64,000 bases of DNA from Hyphomicrobiales bacterium (GCA_031423895.1 JANPGK010000012.1:73-64072), one strand, 5' to 3'; counted from the stretch's first letter, positions 18,436 to 29,562 are shown. Made by a program: numbers and translations. Notes: generated from the sequence alone by a model not told the origin.

Positions 18436-21400
18436 TTATGGCGTTGGTTTTGGCAGTGTTTGCGAAGCTGGTGCATTATTATTTGCGGGCGCAGATGTCG
18501 AATCTATCTTTTTCTCACCCTTAATATCCGTTTCAGATTTTCCATCCGTTGATATCGCTGAAGCGGGTTGGGTTTCATTTTGTATGTCTTTGGCTTTCTC
18601 AGCACTTAATTTGAGCTTTGATTGCGCCCGGAATTCCTTCAAGAACATTCCTAATGTATCCGCGCTGGCCAAACGCCGCGCAACAGCTCGGAATTCATAA
18701 TTTTGGCTATCCGCAGAGCGAGTCACCATTTCATAGGCCTGCGCATCGGGAGAATCCCCCATTAATTTAGAAAATTTACCACGGAAACGTGCTAACCCTA
18801 AATTGTCGCCTTGCAAAGCGTACCCAACTGCAGTGCGTAAAATATCAGTGCGCTCTTGTTCATTCAACGCCTCTTCAACTTGCCAGCGTTTATCGAGTAA
18901 TAATTCCAATGTTTCTGCAGCTTGCTGCCAGCGTTGGCTTTTCCATAAAATGTCAGCCTTAATGCGCTCAATATCATCACCTTTTGGTGTTTTAAGCAAT
19001 TCAAGCGCCAAATCATGCTGCCCCAACTCTGAAAGCGCACTCACTTCAAGCAACAAGCGACGGCGTTCTAACGTATGCGCCAAAATTGCCTGACGCGAAC
19101 GACGTAATACATTTAGCGCTTCTTGTGGCTCATGATTCATCAAATGCACCATAGCAAGCGTAGACGCCACATCGGCTTTTTGCGCACCTGAAAGCCGTTT
19201 ATCAACCTGATAGGCCAGCAATTCTATGGCTTGCCCAAACAGCTCAACATCCACCAATCGGCCCGAAAGCACGCGAATTACCTCATCACCACGGCTTCCC
19301 ACGGGCACAAGATCTTTGAAATCATAGAATATTGAAAGCGCATCGAGGGCCTTCATATCCTTATCTTTGTCTTCTAAGAACAAGCCTACAAAAACCTCTT
19401 GCATATCGTCTTGCAGCAAGCGTGTGATGTCTGACCCTGCATTGGCCGCAACAGCCGTGCGCGTTGTTTCAAATGCACGGCGATAACGACCAGACTTCGC
19501 ATGTTGACGCGCCAATACACTAAGCGTGCGCAGTTCAACTTCATCGCCACGCCACGACATCGACAATGACTCGAGCTCATTTAACGCGGCATCAGGCTTT
19601 AACTCGCCAGAATTGAGCATCATTGTCACCAATCTTAAACGCGCTTCAGCTTCTGCTGCCAAATTGAGCGGAATGATGGCTTGGCCATATTGTTTTTGCG
19701 CCAAAGGAATATTGCCTAAATATTCAGAGGCCCAACCTTCAAGCAATGCCTTATCTTGAGAGGTCTTAGGTGTTAATGAGCGTGGATCGATCTGCGTTAT
19801 AAACTGCTCAGCCTGCTGCACATCGCGCACCTCAAGGCTGCTGCGGGCACCTATTAGCATGGCTTGCACCTGCAATTTTGGTGGATATGCCGCGAGGCCA
19901 GAAAGCGCCTGCACCAAATTGAGCTGTGCCGGGCGCCAATCTTTCAACCCAGCATAAGACAGCCCACGCCACATGGCCACATCTTGGCTTTTATCAAACT
20001 CTGGCAGCGCCAAATCTTCGATCGCATCCTTATAACGGCGTGCATAAAAATTTGCCACTGCGCGTAGCACGCGGAAACTTTGGTCACGCTCCACATCGGG
20101 CGCAGCTTCTTTTGTCATTGTCAGCACGCCCAAAGCTTCTTCGGCCATTTCATTGGCCAAATAAAATCGTGCAACGTTCAAACGGCGGTTTGTTTTATCT
20201 TTACCTGTCTCGCGACCCGCTTCCGCAATTAAGCTGCGAAGCCTTGGAAAATAGGAATCTGGGCCATCAATTTTCCATGCTGTAAAATCAATAAACCCTG
20301 TGCGTTGTACGCTTGCTGTCCCTCCATCATTACTGGCTGAACTCATCGCACCTTTATCTGTTGAAATATTCAGCCCTGATTCACGCGATACCAACACGTT
20401 ATCGGTTGAAACTTGAACATTCAAATCATCCGTTTTCGGGCGAATAACTGCACCATGTGCTGTTGTGATCGCCGAAAACTCAACAAATTCATGCATGCGC
20501 AACATGCCTTGTGCAGGCCCAGGTAATGTTACGACATTCAATTTATCGCCAACTATTGGGTCATCAAGCACATGAAGCTGCCCTGTTTTTTGCATGGCAA
20601 GCCGCATAAATGCACGGCCATCCGCAAAATTTGAGCGTTCAAATAACAATGGTGTAGATGGAGTCAGAATCATATCCCCCAAGGTCACCGCCCATGCTGA
20701 GCCTTCAGAAATTGCACTCAGTAACATTGGTTTCTTCAATTGAAGCCGTAATATTTGTGTGGTGTTCATGCGTTGATGATCAATATTTTCAACAAATTCC
20801 CGCATTTCAGTGCGAATAGCGCGAGTTTCAATCGGTACTGGATTATCAAATATCAGCCATACATATTGCCCACGCGCAAAAATAGCCGCACTAGTTTCTT
20901 TTGTAAATGGAAACAATAAACGCATATTTTGTCCAACTTTACGCACTTCTGTTTGCACAGTATTGGTGTCGGCAGTGCTGGATCTTGAATTTTCTTTGCC
21001 ATTTTTAATGGCCGTTTTTGCGCTCAGAGGCGCCTCTAAATCATCGCCTTCTGTCCCATCCATATTAAATGTTTGTGACGTTAATTTTGCAAACCCGCTG
21101 GTTTCTTTGGTAACAGGCACTACCATTTGAATACCGCCCTGATTGCCCTTAGCCGCAGGGTCTTCTAATCGAATGACTTTTTCATTATATTGTGTTGCCG
21201 CCTTACTCGCATCTGTAAGCTCTTGTTTCTTGGCATCATCTTTTATTTCATTCAGTTTCTCAGCCGAAACTGACCCCATTAAATCGACCACAAATGTGGC
21301 CCCCTCCTCAAATGAATATAACTCAACTCCAGGCTGAACTAAGATTTTTACACGCATCTCATATTCATCCGACGATGTTTCAATCGCCTGCATTTGTGAC

Positions 21401-22122
21401 GGCATTTCTGCCTTTAATCGTGCCAAATCTACCTTAGCAGGATAAGCAAAATGCAATATATGGGCTTCTCCATCGCGTGAAACATGCCCCGGAATGCGGC
21501 GCGACCAATCAAATGCCAATCGTGTGAATGTGGGATGCTCGCCCACACGAATATTCACTGTTGCAGGGTTGCGCTTTTGCTCATCACGCAAGGCTTTATC
21601 ACGCGCTTTTTTTGCCGCTTCTTCCAATTTTTTATTGAGTTGCGCCACCGCTTCAATCGGCAAACCAGGCATGGGCTTATTCCACGGCTCTGGCAGCAAA
21701 TCTACATATAGCGTGTCATACGCCTCGATCACGTTCATTTTAATCTTTTTGCTCATAGCCAAGCGAATGGCTTTACCATCAGGGTCTTTGCGTGCGGCCA
21801 TCACCATATCGCGCAAAATCACAGGAATTTCATTCGCGCTTAAATTGGTGGGTTTATCAAACGACATCACCACAATGCCGTTTTGGGTCGAGATTGAATG
21901 CCCTGGCAAGGAGTCGAATTTCATTATCAAACGGCCATAGGTTTTCTCGTTCTTGACCTCGAGCTCATCGGCATGAGCATCTGTTGTAATGATCAAAATA
22001 CTCATCAATATCAATGCAATATAGGGCACAGCACTCCGCGTGCTGAACCCCTTCAGCATTCGCAGAATTGCCCAAAATTGAGCCCTAATAGAGGAAAACC
22101 TCACACGCATACGCAAACTCAC
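18436..22122 (-). CDS. Large exported helical-repeat (TPR-like) protein, 1228 aa, next to flagellar genes
   Basis: It has a signal peptide (..ALILMSILIITTDAHA; a later Met at 22059 is possible). N-terminal beta-rich modules are followed by a long Ala/Leu/Arg helical-repeat region and a Ser/Thr/Pro-rich tail. The function is unknown. Confidence 0.85.
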   Translation of the reverse strand: MSLRMRVRFSSIRAQFWAILRMLKGFSTRSAVPYIALILMSILIITTDAHADELEVKNEKTYGRLIMKFDSLPGHSISTQNGIVVMSFDKPTNLSANEIPVILRDMVMAARKDPDGKAIRLAMSKKIKMNVIEAYDTLYVDLLPEPWNKPMPGLPIEAVAQLNKKLEEAAKKARDKALRDEQKRNPATVNIRVGEHPTFTRLAFDWSRRIPGHVSRDGEAHILHFAYPAKVDLARLKAEMPSQMQAIETSSDEYEMRVKILVQPGVELYSFEEGATFVVDLMGSVSAEKLNEIKDDAKKQELTDASKAATQYNEKVIRLEDPAAKGNQGGIQMVVPVTKETSGFAKLTSQTFNMDGTEGDDLEAPLSAKTAIKNGKENSRSSTADTNTVQTEVRKVGQNMRLLFPFTKETSAAIFARGQYVWLIFDNPVPIETRAIRTEMREFVENIDHQRMNTTQILRLQLKKPMLLSAISEGSAWAVTLGDMILTPSTPLLFERSNFADGRAFMRLAMQKTGQLHVLDDPIVGDKLNVVTLPGPAQGMLRMHEFVEFSAITTAHGAVIRPKTDDLNVQVSTDNVLVSRESGLNISTDKGAMSSASNDGGTASVQRTGFIDFTAWKIDGPDSYFPRLRSLIAEAGRETGKDKTNRRLNVARFYLANEMAEEALGVLTMTKEAAPDVERDQSFRVLRAVANFYARRYKDAIEDLALPEFDKSQDVAMWRGLSYAGLKDWRPAQLNLVQALSGLAAYPPKLQVQAMLIGARSSLEVRDVQQAEQFITQIDPRSLTPKTSQDKALLEGWASEYLGNIPLAQKQYGQAIIPLNLAAEAEARLRLVTMMLNSGELKPDAALNELESLSMSWRGDEVELRTLSVLARQHAKSGRYRRAFETTRTAVAANAGSDITRLLQDDMQEVFVGLFLEDKDKDMKALDALSIFYDFKDLVPVGSRGDEVIRVLSGRLVDVELFGQAIELLAYQVDKRLSGAQKADVASTLAMVHLMNHEPQEALNVLRRSRQAILAHTLERRRLLLEVSALSELGQHDLALELLKTPKGDDIERIKADILWKSQRWQQAAETLELLLDKRWQVEEALNEQERTDILRTAVGYALQGDNLGLARFRGKFSKLMGDSPDAQAYEMVTRSADSQNYEFRAVARRLASADTLGMFLKEFRAQSKLKLSAEKAKDIQNETQPASAISTDGKSETDIKGEKKIDSTSAPANNNAPASQTLPKPTP

Positions 22123-22258
22123 ACAGGAAACTTAACGCACTTCCCCAGCTCAACTTTACGAGATCGTACTTAATATCATGTTACTTTATTGATCTAATGT
22201 TGACCTTTTCAAAACGAATGCGCACATTCTTGCCTGAATCAGTGCGTATCAAGGTATT

Positions 22259-23689
22259 ATGCTTGCAATAAATCGTCGCATCACTGGAGTTTACACCGCT
22301 GCACGCACTGCAGCACATTGGTGCGGGCGCAGCCTTGTGGCGTTTGCCATCGCCATTTCGAGCATTCAAACCACCTATGCCCAATCACCCGAAACCATGA
22401 TTGTGCGTGATACAGAAATTGAGACTTTATTGCGCGACTATGCCCGTCCAATTTTCAAAGTGGCTGGGATTGATGGCGATTCCATCCAAATTATTATTGT
22501 CAATGATAACACATTTAATGCTTTTGTGGCTGATGGCCGCCGCATGTTTTTCAATCTTGGCACATTGATGGAGGCCGAGACACCGAATGAATTGATTGGT
22601 GTGATTGCCCATGAAAGTGGGCATATCGAGGGTGGGCATTTATCGCGCCTGCGCCAACAAATGGCCAATGTACAAACCATGGCTATTGTGGCGATGTTAC
22701 TAGGGGCTGGGGCACTTGCAGCAGGCGCAGCACGCGGCGGGCAAAATGGCAATAACTTAGGTGAAGCTGGTGCAGGCATCGCCATGGGCGGGCAAGAAGC
22801 TGCCCTGCGCACCCTTATGGCCTATCAACGCAGTGAGGAAAGTGCAGCCGACCACGCGGCCGTCCGCTATTTAGAGGCCACGGGGCAATCCGCCAAGGGT
22901 ATGCTAAGTGTGTTCTCACGCCTTGCCGCCACCACTGCCATTTCGAGCCGTAATGGCGACCCCTACCGCCAAAGCCATCCGCTGGCCAAGGATCGGGTGA
23001 ACGCACTGCGGCATTTGGCAGAAAAAAGTGCCCATTATAACGCGCAAGACCCTGCCGATTGGGTGCGGCGCCACAAATTGATGCGTGCCAAAGTGCGGGG
23101 CTATTTCTCACCACGCCAAAGCGTTGATAATCTCTATGGAAAATCCGGCGCATTTGGCAGAGTAACACCCGATGCGCGATATGCCCGTGCTCATGCCGCG
23201 CTCAAAGCAGGTCGGCAGGAGGAAGTGTTGCGCGAGACAGATGCTCTATTGAAACAAGAGCCCAACAACGCATTTTTTCATGAATTGCGTGGGCAGGCAC
23301 TTTTAGAACGTGGCCAGCCCGATGCAGCACTCCCATTTTTAGCACGCGCGGTGCGTGGCAACCCAAAATCTGGACTCATTCGTGGTATGTATGGGCAGGC
23401 CTTATTGGCGTCACGCAACACTGCAAACCTTAAAAAGGCAATTTTTGAACTCGAACGCGCCACACAAATCGACCCCAAATATGCGCCAAATTTTCGTTTT
23501 TTAGGCCAGGCATATGGGAAACAAGGGGATATTGCACGCGCAACGCTTGCCATCGCCAACGAAGCCATGTTAACTGGCGACATTGCGCAAGCACGCCAAC
23601 AAGCTGACCGTGCACGCGCGCTTTCACCAAAAAACAGCCTCACATGGCTAAAAGCAAACGACATACTCTACATCACACAGCAACGATAG
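22259..23689 (+). CDS. M48-family periplasmic metalloprotease with C-terminal TPR region (BepA-like)
   Basis: AHESGHIEGGH is an HExxH motif. There is an N-terminal signal-like segment and C-terminal helical repeats (..FFHELRGQALLERGQPDAALPFLARAV..). Confidence 0.88.
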   Translation: MLAINRRITGVYTAARTAAHWCGRSLVAFAIAISSIQTTYAQSPETMIVRDTEIETLLRDYARPIFKVAGIDGDSIQIIIVNDNTFNAFVADGRRMFFNLGTLMEAETPNELIGVIAHESGHIEGGHLSRLRQQMANVQTMAIVAMLLGAGALAAGAARGGQNGNNLGEAGAGIAMGGQEAALRTLMAYQRSEESAADHAAVRYLEATGQSAKGMLSVFSRLAATTAISSRNGDPYRQSHPLAKDRVNALRHLAEKSAHYNAQDPADWVRRHKLMRAKVRGYFSPRQSVDNLYGKSGAFGRVTPDARYARAHAALKAGRQEEVLRETDALLKQEPNNAFFHELRGQALLERGQPDAALPFLARAVRGNPKSGLIRGMYGQALLASRNTANLKKAIFELERATQIDPKYAPNFRFLGQAYGKQGDIARATLAIANEAMLTGDIAQARQQADRARALSPKNSLTWLKANDILYITQQR

Positions 23690-23699
23690 GACAGACACC

Positions 23700-24473
23700 A
23701 TGAAATTTATTCTAAACATTTGCAGTATCGGATTCATGTGTGCGTGTGTGGCCTTCAGCTCTATCATGCCAGTGCAGGCACAAACCACACCAGACACCGC
23801 TGCTATTGAAGCCGCTGTGCGTGATGTACTGCTCAATAAACCCGAAATTTTGGCTGAAGCGCTTGATAAAATGCAGGCGTATCAAGCCAGCAAAAAAACC
23901 GCTGGCACCCGCGCTATATTGCAAACCCGCCGCGATGAAATATTTGGCGATGCAGGCACACATGCGATTGTGGGCAATCCTGATGGCAAAATTGCGCTGG
24001 TGGCGTTTTACGACTATAATTGCGGCTATTGTCGCAAGTCGTTAGGTGACCTCAAAGCCATTCTCAGCCAAAATACAGATGTAAAACTCATTCTCAAAGA
24101 ATTGCCAATTCTTTCAAAAGAATCCAACGAAGCTGCTCTTGTGAGCCTGCAGCTGCATAAACACCCTAAATTTTGGGCCTTTCACGAAAAATTGTTCAAC
24201 AGTGGCAATGGCGAACGCATAAATGGCGATACGGCTGTTCGCGTGGCCAAAGAACTGAGTATGGGAGATGAGTCCCTCAAATCAAAAGCAAGCGACCCAG
24301 CCTTAACAGAATCAATCAAAAAAACTTATAATTTGGCCAGCGCACTAGGCATTCGTGGAACACCCGCATTTGTGATAGGCGATGAAGTGGTATATGGTGC
24401 TGTGGGGGTAGAGCCTCTAAATGCAGCCATCGCCAATATGCGCAAATGCGGCAAAGCTGTTGGCTGTCAATAA
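23700..24473 (+). CDS. DsbA-family thiol:disulfide oxidoreductase
   Basis: It has a signal peptide and FYDYNCGYCRK (CxxC), plus ..GIRGTPAFVIGDEVV typical of the DsbA/thioredoxin fold. Confidence 0.88.
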   Translation: MKFILNICSIGFMCACVAFSSIMPVQAQTTPDTAAIEAAVRDVLLNKPEILAEALDKMQAYQASKKTAGTRAILQTRRDEIFGDAGTHAIVGNPDGKIALVAFYDYNCGYCRKSLGDLKAILSQNTDVKLILKELPILSKESNEAALVSLQLHKHPKFWAFHEKLFNSGNGERINGDTAVRVAKELSMGDESLKSKASDPALTESIKKTYNLASALGIRGTPAFVIGDEVVYGAVGVEPLNAAIANMRKCGKAVGCQ

Positions 24474-24487
24474 TGTAAGGATAGGGT

Positions 24488-24925
24488 ATGAAAACGCTAT
24501 ATGTACTAAATGGGCCCAATCTTAATTTGCTAGGCCAGAGAGAACCTGAAATTTATGGCTACGACACCCTCGCAGATGTTAAAACCACCTGTGAGCGGGT
24601 CGGGAAAGATTTTGGCTTTACCATTGCATTCCATCAATCTAACCATGAAGGCGCACTCATCGATCTCATCCATGAAGCGCGCGAAAATGGTGCTGGCCTT
24701 ATAATGAATGCGGGTGCCTATACCCACACCTCGGTGGCGATACACGACGCCTTGCGCACATTGAAAATTCCCGTTATTGAGGTGCACTTGGCAAATTTGC
24801 ATAAACGGGAGGAATTTCGCCACAAATCATTTGTTGCACCTGTTGCGCAGGGAATGATTTGCGGTTTTGGAATTTTAGGCTATGAACTGGCCATCCGCGC
24901 GATTAGCGCCTATGTATCTAAATAA
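24488..24925 (+). CDS. aroQ: Type II 3-dehydroquinate dehydratase
   Basis: MKTLYVLNGPNLNLLGQREPEIYG..FHQSNHEGALID..NAGAYTHTSVAIHDA.. Confidence 0.96.
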   Translation: MKTLYVLNGPNLNLLGQREPEIYGYDTLADVKTTCERVGKDFGFTIAFHQSNHEGALIDLIHEARENGAGLIMNAGAYTHTSVAIHDALRTLKIPVIEVHLANLHKREEFRHKSFVAPVAQGMICGFGILGYELAIRAISAYVSK

Positions 24926-24936
24926 CGAGTAAATAT

Positions 24937-25446
24937 ATGGCTGAGACTCCTGAAATGGCAAAAAAAGTAAATACCGAGCAAAAATTTGATACACAGCTGA
25001 TTGAGCAGCTTGCAGCTTTGTTCAAAACCACTGATTTAACTGAAATTGAAGTGCAAAATGGCGAGATTAAAATTCGCGTGGCACGCACACCCGCTGCACA
25101 AACCGTGCATATGGTGCAAGGTGGTGGTTATGCCCCTGCTCCAGCAGCATCTGCGCCCGCTGCGGCTGCTCCCGCCCCAAGCGGTGAGGCACCCACCAAA
25201 CCAAAAACGTCTGATAAAGCACTGATTTCCCCCATGGTGGGCACAGCCTATCGCTCATCCGCGCCAGATAAACCACCCTTTGTCGAAGTGGGCACGCAAG
25301 TGAAGCAAGGGCAAGTGGTGCTGGTGATCGAGGCCATGAAAACTTTCAACGAGATCCCTGCCCCGCGCGCGGGCACCATCACTGCAATTTTTGTGGATAG
25401 TGGGCAGCCTGTTGAATATGGCGAACCATTGCTTGTGATTGAATGA
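24937..25446 (+). CDS. accB: Acetyl-CoA carboxylase biotin carboxyl carrier protein
   Basis: It has an Ala/Pro linker and the biotinyl-lysine motif VIEAMKTFNEI, and sits upstream of accC. Confidence 0.94.
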   Translation: MAETPEMAKKVNTEQKFDTQLIEQLAALFKTTDLTEIEVQNGEIKIRVARTPAAQTVHMVQGGGYAPAPAASAPAAAAPAPSGEAPTKPKTSDKALISPMVGTAYRSSAPDKPPFVEVGTQVKQGQVVLVIEAMKTFNEIPAPRAGTITAIFVDSGQPVEYGEPLLVIE

Positions 25447-25453
25447 TTAGATC

Positions 25454-25525
25454 GTCATCCTCGGGCGCGTCCCGAGGATCTTCTCGACATTAAAAGTAGA
25501 TCCTCGGCTTAAGGCCGAGGATGAC
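25454..25525. repeat. Double-hairpin palindromic repeat, family B, copy in the accB-accC spacer
   Basis: GTCATCCTCGGGcgcgtCCCGAGGATc ... gATCCTCGGCttaagGCCGAGGATGAC. The termini are inverted copies of GTCATCCTCGG. Confidence 0.85.
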
Positions 25526-25537
25526 AGGATAGAAAAA

Positions 25538-26893
25538 ATGTTCGATAAAATTCTCATTGCTAATCGTGGTGAAATTGCCCTCCGCGTGCTGCGCGCCTGC
25601 AAAGAGCTTGGCATTCAAACCGTGGCTGTGCATTCCACTGCTGATGCCAGCGCCATGCATGTAAAATTGGCCGATGAATCGGTGTGTATTGGCCCACCAG
25701 CCGCCAAAGACAGCTACCTCAACATTCCCGCTATCGTGGCCGCGTGCGAAATCACAGGTGCTGATGCTGTGCACCCTGGTTATGGATTTTTATCAGAAAA
25801 CGCCCGTTTTGCCGATGTGCTCACCGCGCATAACATCAAATTTATTGGCCCCAGCGCGGAACACATCCGCACCATGGGCGATAAAATCGAAGCCAAACGC
25901 ACCGCAAAGGCGCTTGGCATGCCGGTTGTACCAGGCTCCGATGGCGGCGTGGATGATGAGCAAGAGGCCATTAAAGTAGCCAAGGATATTGGTTTCCCTG
26001 TGATCATCAAAGCCGCAGCAGGCGGTGGTGGGCGCGGCATGAAGGTGGCACGCTCCGAGAAAGAACTGGCACATGCCGTGGCCTCAGCGCGCCAAGAGGC
26101 ACTGGCGGCCTTTGGTGATGCCGCAGTGTATATCGAAAAATATCTTGAAAAGCCACGCCATATTGAAATTCAAGTGCTGGGCGATGGCCAGGGCAATGCC
26201 GTGCATTTGGGTGAACGAGATTGCTCACTGCAACGCCGCCACCAAAAAGTATGGGAAGAGGCCGGTTCACCCGCAATTAATGCACAAGAGCGCGATAAAA
26301 TCGGCAAGGTTGTGGCTAATGCCATGGCCAAAATGAAATACGAAGGCGCGGGCACAATCGAGTTCCTTTACGAAAATGGCGAGTTTTATTTCATCGAAAT
26401 GAACACACGCCTGCAGGTGGAGCACCCAGTGACCGAAGCCATCACGGGGATTGATCTTGTGAATGAGCAAATTCGCGTGGCCTCTGGCAGTGCGCTGGGC
26501 TTCACGCAGTCGGACATAACCTTCACTGGCCACGCCATCGAGGTGCGGGTAAACGCCGAACATCCCGCCACATTCCGTCCTTCCCCAGGCAAAATCACCA
26601 ATTTCCACACCCCTGGTGGGCTTGGCGTGCGAGTTGATAGCGCCGCCTATTCGGGCTATTCTATTCCGCCCTATTACGACAGCTTGATGGGCAAACTCAT
26701 TGTGTATGGTCGCAATCGCAACGAATGCCTCATGCGCCTGCGCCGCGCACTCGATGAATTTGTGGTGGAAGGCATTGAAACCACGCTACCGCTCTATCGC
26801 GCGCTTGTGCGCAACCCCGATATTCAAAACGGGCTGTACGACATCCACTGGCTCGAGAAATATCTCAAAGCCAACGAAATGCCTGAAAGCTAA
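25538..26893 (+). CDS. accC: Acetyl-CoA carboxylase biotin carboxylase subunit
   Basis: [26 protein letters not shown].. with the ATP-grasp motifs and ..[14 protein letters not shown].. Confidence 0.97.
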   Translation: MFDKILIANRGEIALRVLRACKELGIQTVAVHSTADASAMHVKLADESVCIGPPAAKDSYLNIPAIVAACEITGADAVHPGYGFLSENARFADVLTAHNIKFIGPSAEHIRTMGDKIEAKRTAKALGMPVVPGSDGGVDDEQEAIKVAKDIGFPVIIKAAAGGGGRGMKVARSEKELAHAVASARQEALAAFGDAAVYIEKYLEKPRHIEIQVLGDGQGNAVHLGERDCSLQRRHQKVWEEAGSPAINAQERDKIGKVVANAMAKMKYEGAGTIEFLYENGEFYFIEMNTRLQVEHPVTEAITGIDLVNEQIRVASGSALGFTQSDITFTGHAIEVRVNAEHPATFRPSPGKITNFHTPGGLGVRVDSAAYSGYSIPPYYDSLMGKLIVYGRNRNECLMRLRRALDEFVVEGIETTLPLYRALVRNPDIQNGLYDIHWLEKYLKANEMPES

Positions 26894-26955
26894 GAATTGC
26901 ATTGCGAGGCGTGCTGCAAAACGGCAATCTGAGCCATATGATTCTGGAGCCCCCC

Positions 26956-28740
26956 ATGCGCATTTTGCTCTCCTGCCTGCTTGCTTTGAGCCTTTCCCCT
27001 GCATTTGCGGCTGATGCCACCCACGGCCTCACCCTCACCGATACGCTCAAATATCCCGCAGGCTTCGCCAAATTTGACTATGTCAACGCGGCAGCACCCA
27101 AAACGGGCACGCTCAAGCTGGCGGTTGAAGGCGCGTTTGACACGCTCAACCCTGTGTCCCCGCGCGGCGTTTCCGCCCCCGGCCTTGGTATGGTGTATGA
27201 CACGCTCATGAAGCGCGCCTATGATGAAATCTCCAGCGAATATGGCTTGATTGCTGAAAAGGTCACCATTGCGCCCAATATCACTGCCGCCACATTCACG
27301 CTGAACTCCGCCGCAAAATGGCATGATGGCACGCCAATTACGCCTGAAGATGTGGTGTTTTCTTTCAACGCGTGGAAGAAAAATAGCATGTATACCACTT
27401 ATTATGCCAGTATAAAAAAGGCTGAAAAAACAGGTGTGCGCGATGTGACCTTCACCTTCGATGCCCCCAATAACAAAGAATTGCCGCATATTCTGGGGCA
27501 AATGATTGTGCTTTCGAAAGCATTTTGGAGTGCGAAGGATAGCAAAGGCAACCCGCGTGATATTGCGGCGCCAAGTTCAGATTTGCCGCTGGGCTCAGGT
27601 CCCTATCGCGTGAAATCGATCGAAACTGGCCGTAACATCACTTATGAGCGTGTGCCAAATTATTGGGCGGAAACGCTGAATGTGAACGTTGGATATAATA
27701 ATTTTCAAGAGATCAAATACACCGTTTACCGCGATGATAGCGCCCAAATTCTTGATTTTAAGGCGGATCGCCTCGATGCACGGTTAGAAAATCGTGCCAA
27801 AAACTGGGCCACAGCCTATGATTTCCCTGCGATCAAGAACGGCCGCGCGATTAAAGCCACATTTGAGCGTCGCGCTACGGGTGAAATGCAAGGTTTTGTG
27901 CCCAATATGCGCCGCGAGAAATTCCAAGATGCCCGCGTGCGCCAAGCGCTCAATTACATGCTCGATTTTGAGCACCTCAATCGCAGCATTTTCTATAACC
28001 AATATGAACGCTGCAATTCCTATTATGCGGGCACAGAATTGGCCTCATCAGGCCTACCTGAAGGCAAGGAGCTGGAGATTTTAAAAGCGCTTAAGTACAC
28101 TATCCCGTCGCAAGTGCTCACCACGCCCTATACAAACCCTGTGGGCGGTGATGAGGCAAACGCCCGAAATAATATGCGCACCGCACTGGAGCTGTTCAAG
28201 GCTGCGGGCTGGCAGCTGCAAAACGGCAAAATGCGCAATGCAAAAGGTGAGGCCTTCACCCTCGAGATTATGATTGCATCACCCGCATTCAGCCCAATTG
28301 CCGAGATTTATGGCAAATATCTTGAGAAAATTGGCGTTGAAGCCAGTGTGCGCCAGATTGACCCAACCCAATATATCAGCCGCCTGCGCACACGTGATTA
28401 CGACATGGTGGTGGGGCATTGGGGGCAATCGCTTACACCTGGCAATGAGCAGCGCACCATGTGGAGCACGCAGGCATCCGAGGATGGCAATAGCCAGAAT
28501 TTAGCAGGCATTAAAAATCCTGCGGTTGATGCTTTGGTGGAGCAAATCATTTATGCGCCCGACCGCGCCACACAAGTAGCGGCTACAAAGGCCCTCGACC
28601 GCGTATTGCTGTGGAATCATTATGTGATCCCACAATGGAGGATCAGCTACGACCGCATCGCCCATTGGAATCGCTTTGCCTACCCCTCTCCAATACCTGC
28701 ATATGCACACGGCTTCCCCGATATTTGGTGGGCGAAGTAA
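26956..28740 (+). CDS. ABC transporter periplasmic substrate-binding protein, family 5 (peptide/YejA-like)
   Basis: MRILLSCLLALSLSPAFA is a signal peptide. The mature part is about 590 aa with family-5 character (..WHDGTPITPEDVVFSF..). No permease or ATPase genes are adjacent. Confidence 0.85.
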   Translation: MRILLSCLLALSLSPAFAADATHGLTLTDTLKYPAGFAKFDYVNAAAPKTGTLKLAVEGAFDTLNPVSPRGVSAPGLGMVYDTLMKRAYDEISSEYGLIAEKVTIAPNITAATFTLNSAAKWHDGTPITPEDVVFSFNAWKKNSMYTTYYASIKKAEKTGVRDVTFTFDAPNNKELPHILGQMIVLSKAFWSAKDSKGNPRDIAAPSSDLPLGSGPYRVKSIETGRNITYERVPNYWAETLNVNVGYNNFQEIKYTVYRDDSAQILDFKADRLDARLENRAKNWATAYDFPAIKNGRAIKATFERRATGEMQGFVPNMRREKFQDARVRQALNYMLDFEHLNRSIFYNQYERCNSYYAGTELASSGLPEGKELEILKALKYTIPSQVLTTPYTNPVGGDEANARNNMRTALELFKAAGWQLQNGKMRNAKGEAFTLEIMIASPAFSPIAEIYGKYLEKIGVEASVRQIDPTQYISRLRTRDYDMVVGHWGQSLTPGNEQRTMWSTQASEDGNSQNLAGIKNPAVDALVEQIIYAPDRATQVAATKALDRVLLWNHYVIPQWRISYDRIAHWNRFAYPSPIPAYAHGFPDIWWAK

Positions 28741-28962
28741 CATGTAAATATTGCAATGCAACATACCATGTTATGCATTAACCATATTTACTAAACTTGT
28801 ATTGGTTATGATGCACTGAATAAGAAAACCCTATCTTTTGCATTAATTTTGTGTTACACATTTTGACAAGTTGCTGTTCTTGTGGTGCCCAAGCCGTTTG
28901 TGTTGCTTGTCTTTTCGGCGCCTGAGGGGGAAACAGTCTACAATCTTTTGGAGCAAGAAAAA

Positions 28963-29562
28963 ATGACAAAAAAAACTGCTGAAAAAAATGCATTCGCTGT
29001 TGGAGAATATGTTGTTTACCCTGCGCATGGCGTGGGCCAAATTTTAAATATTGAAGTTCAAGAAATTGCGGGGATGAAGCTAGAGCTAATTGTAGTTCAT
29101 TTTGAAAAAGAAAAAATGACTCTGCGCGTTCCGACCAGCAAAATTATATCTGTTGGCATGCGTAAATTGGCTGATGAAGATATTTTATCGAAAGTGGCAT
29201 CAACACTTTCTGGCCGCGCGCGCGTGAAACGTGTGATGTGGAGCCGCCGTGCCCAAGAGTATGAAGCAAAAATCAACTCCGGAGATTTGGTGTCATTAGC
29301 TGAAGTTCTGCGTGATTTATACCGTGCGGAAAATCAACCTGAACAATCCTATTCTGAACGTCAGCTCTATGAAGCCGCCATGGACCGTATGGTGCGTGAA
29401 GTGTCGCTATCAAAAGCTATAATGGACACGGAAGCTTTGACATTCGTTGAAACTGCTCTGAAAAAAGCACCAAAACGCGCTAAAGTTGAAGAAATTGTAC
29501 CAGAAGCCGTGGAGCCAGATGAGTTTGATCTGATCGGCGAAGCTAAAACTGCTGCGGCCTAA
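28963..29562 (+). CDS. cdnL: CarD/CdnL-family RNA polymerase-binding transcription factor
   Basis: FAVGEYVVYPAHGVGQILNIEVQEIAGMKLELIVVHF..MTLRVPTSK is a CarD_TRCF domain. ggag lies upstream of the ATG at 28963. Confidence 0.9.
   Translation: MTKKTAEKNAFAVGEYVVYPAHGVGQILNIEVQEIAGMKLELIVVHFEKEKMTLRVPTSKIISVGMRKLADEDILSKVASTLSGRARVKRVMWSRRAQEYEAKINSGDLVSLAEVLRDLYRAENQPEQSYSERQLYEAAMDRMVREVSLSKAIMDTEALTFVETALKKAPKRAKVEEIVPEAVEPDEFDLIGEAKTAAA

Noticed and set aside
28744-28791. Composite hairpin (GTAAATAT...ATATTTAC with an inner aatgca/tgcatt stem) after the substrate-binding protein gene.
   Set aside because: It is AT-rich, has bulges and no T-run. It could be a weak terminator, but it is not distinguishable from chance in AT-rich DNA.
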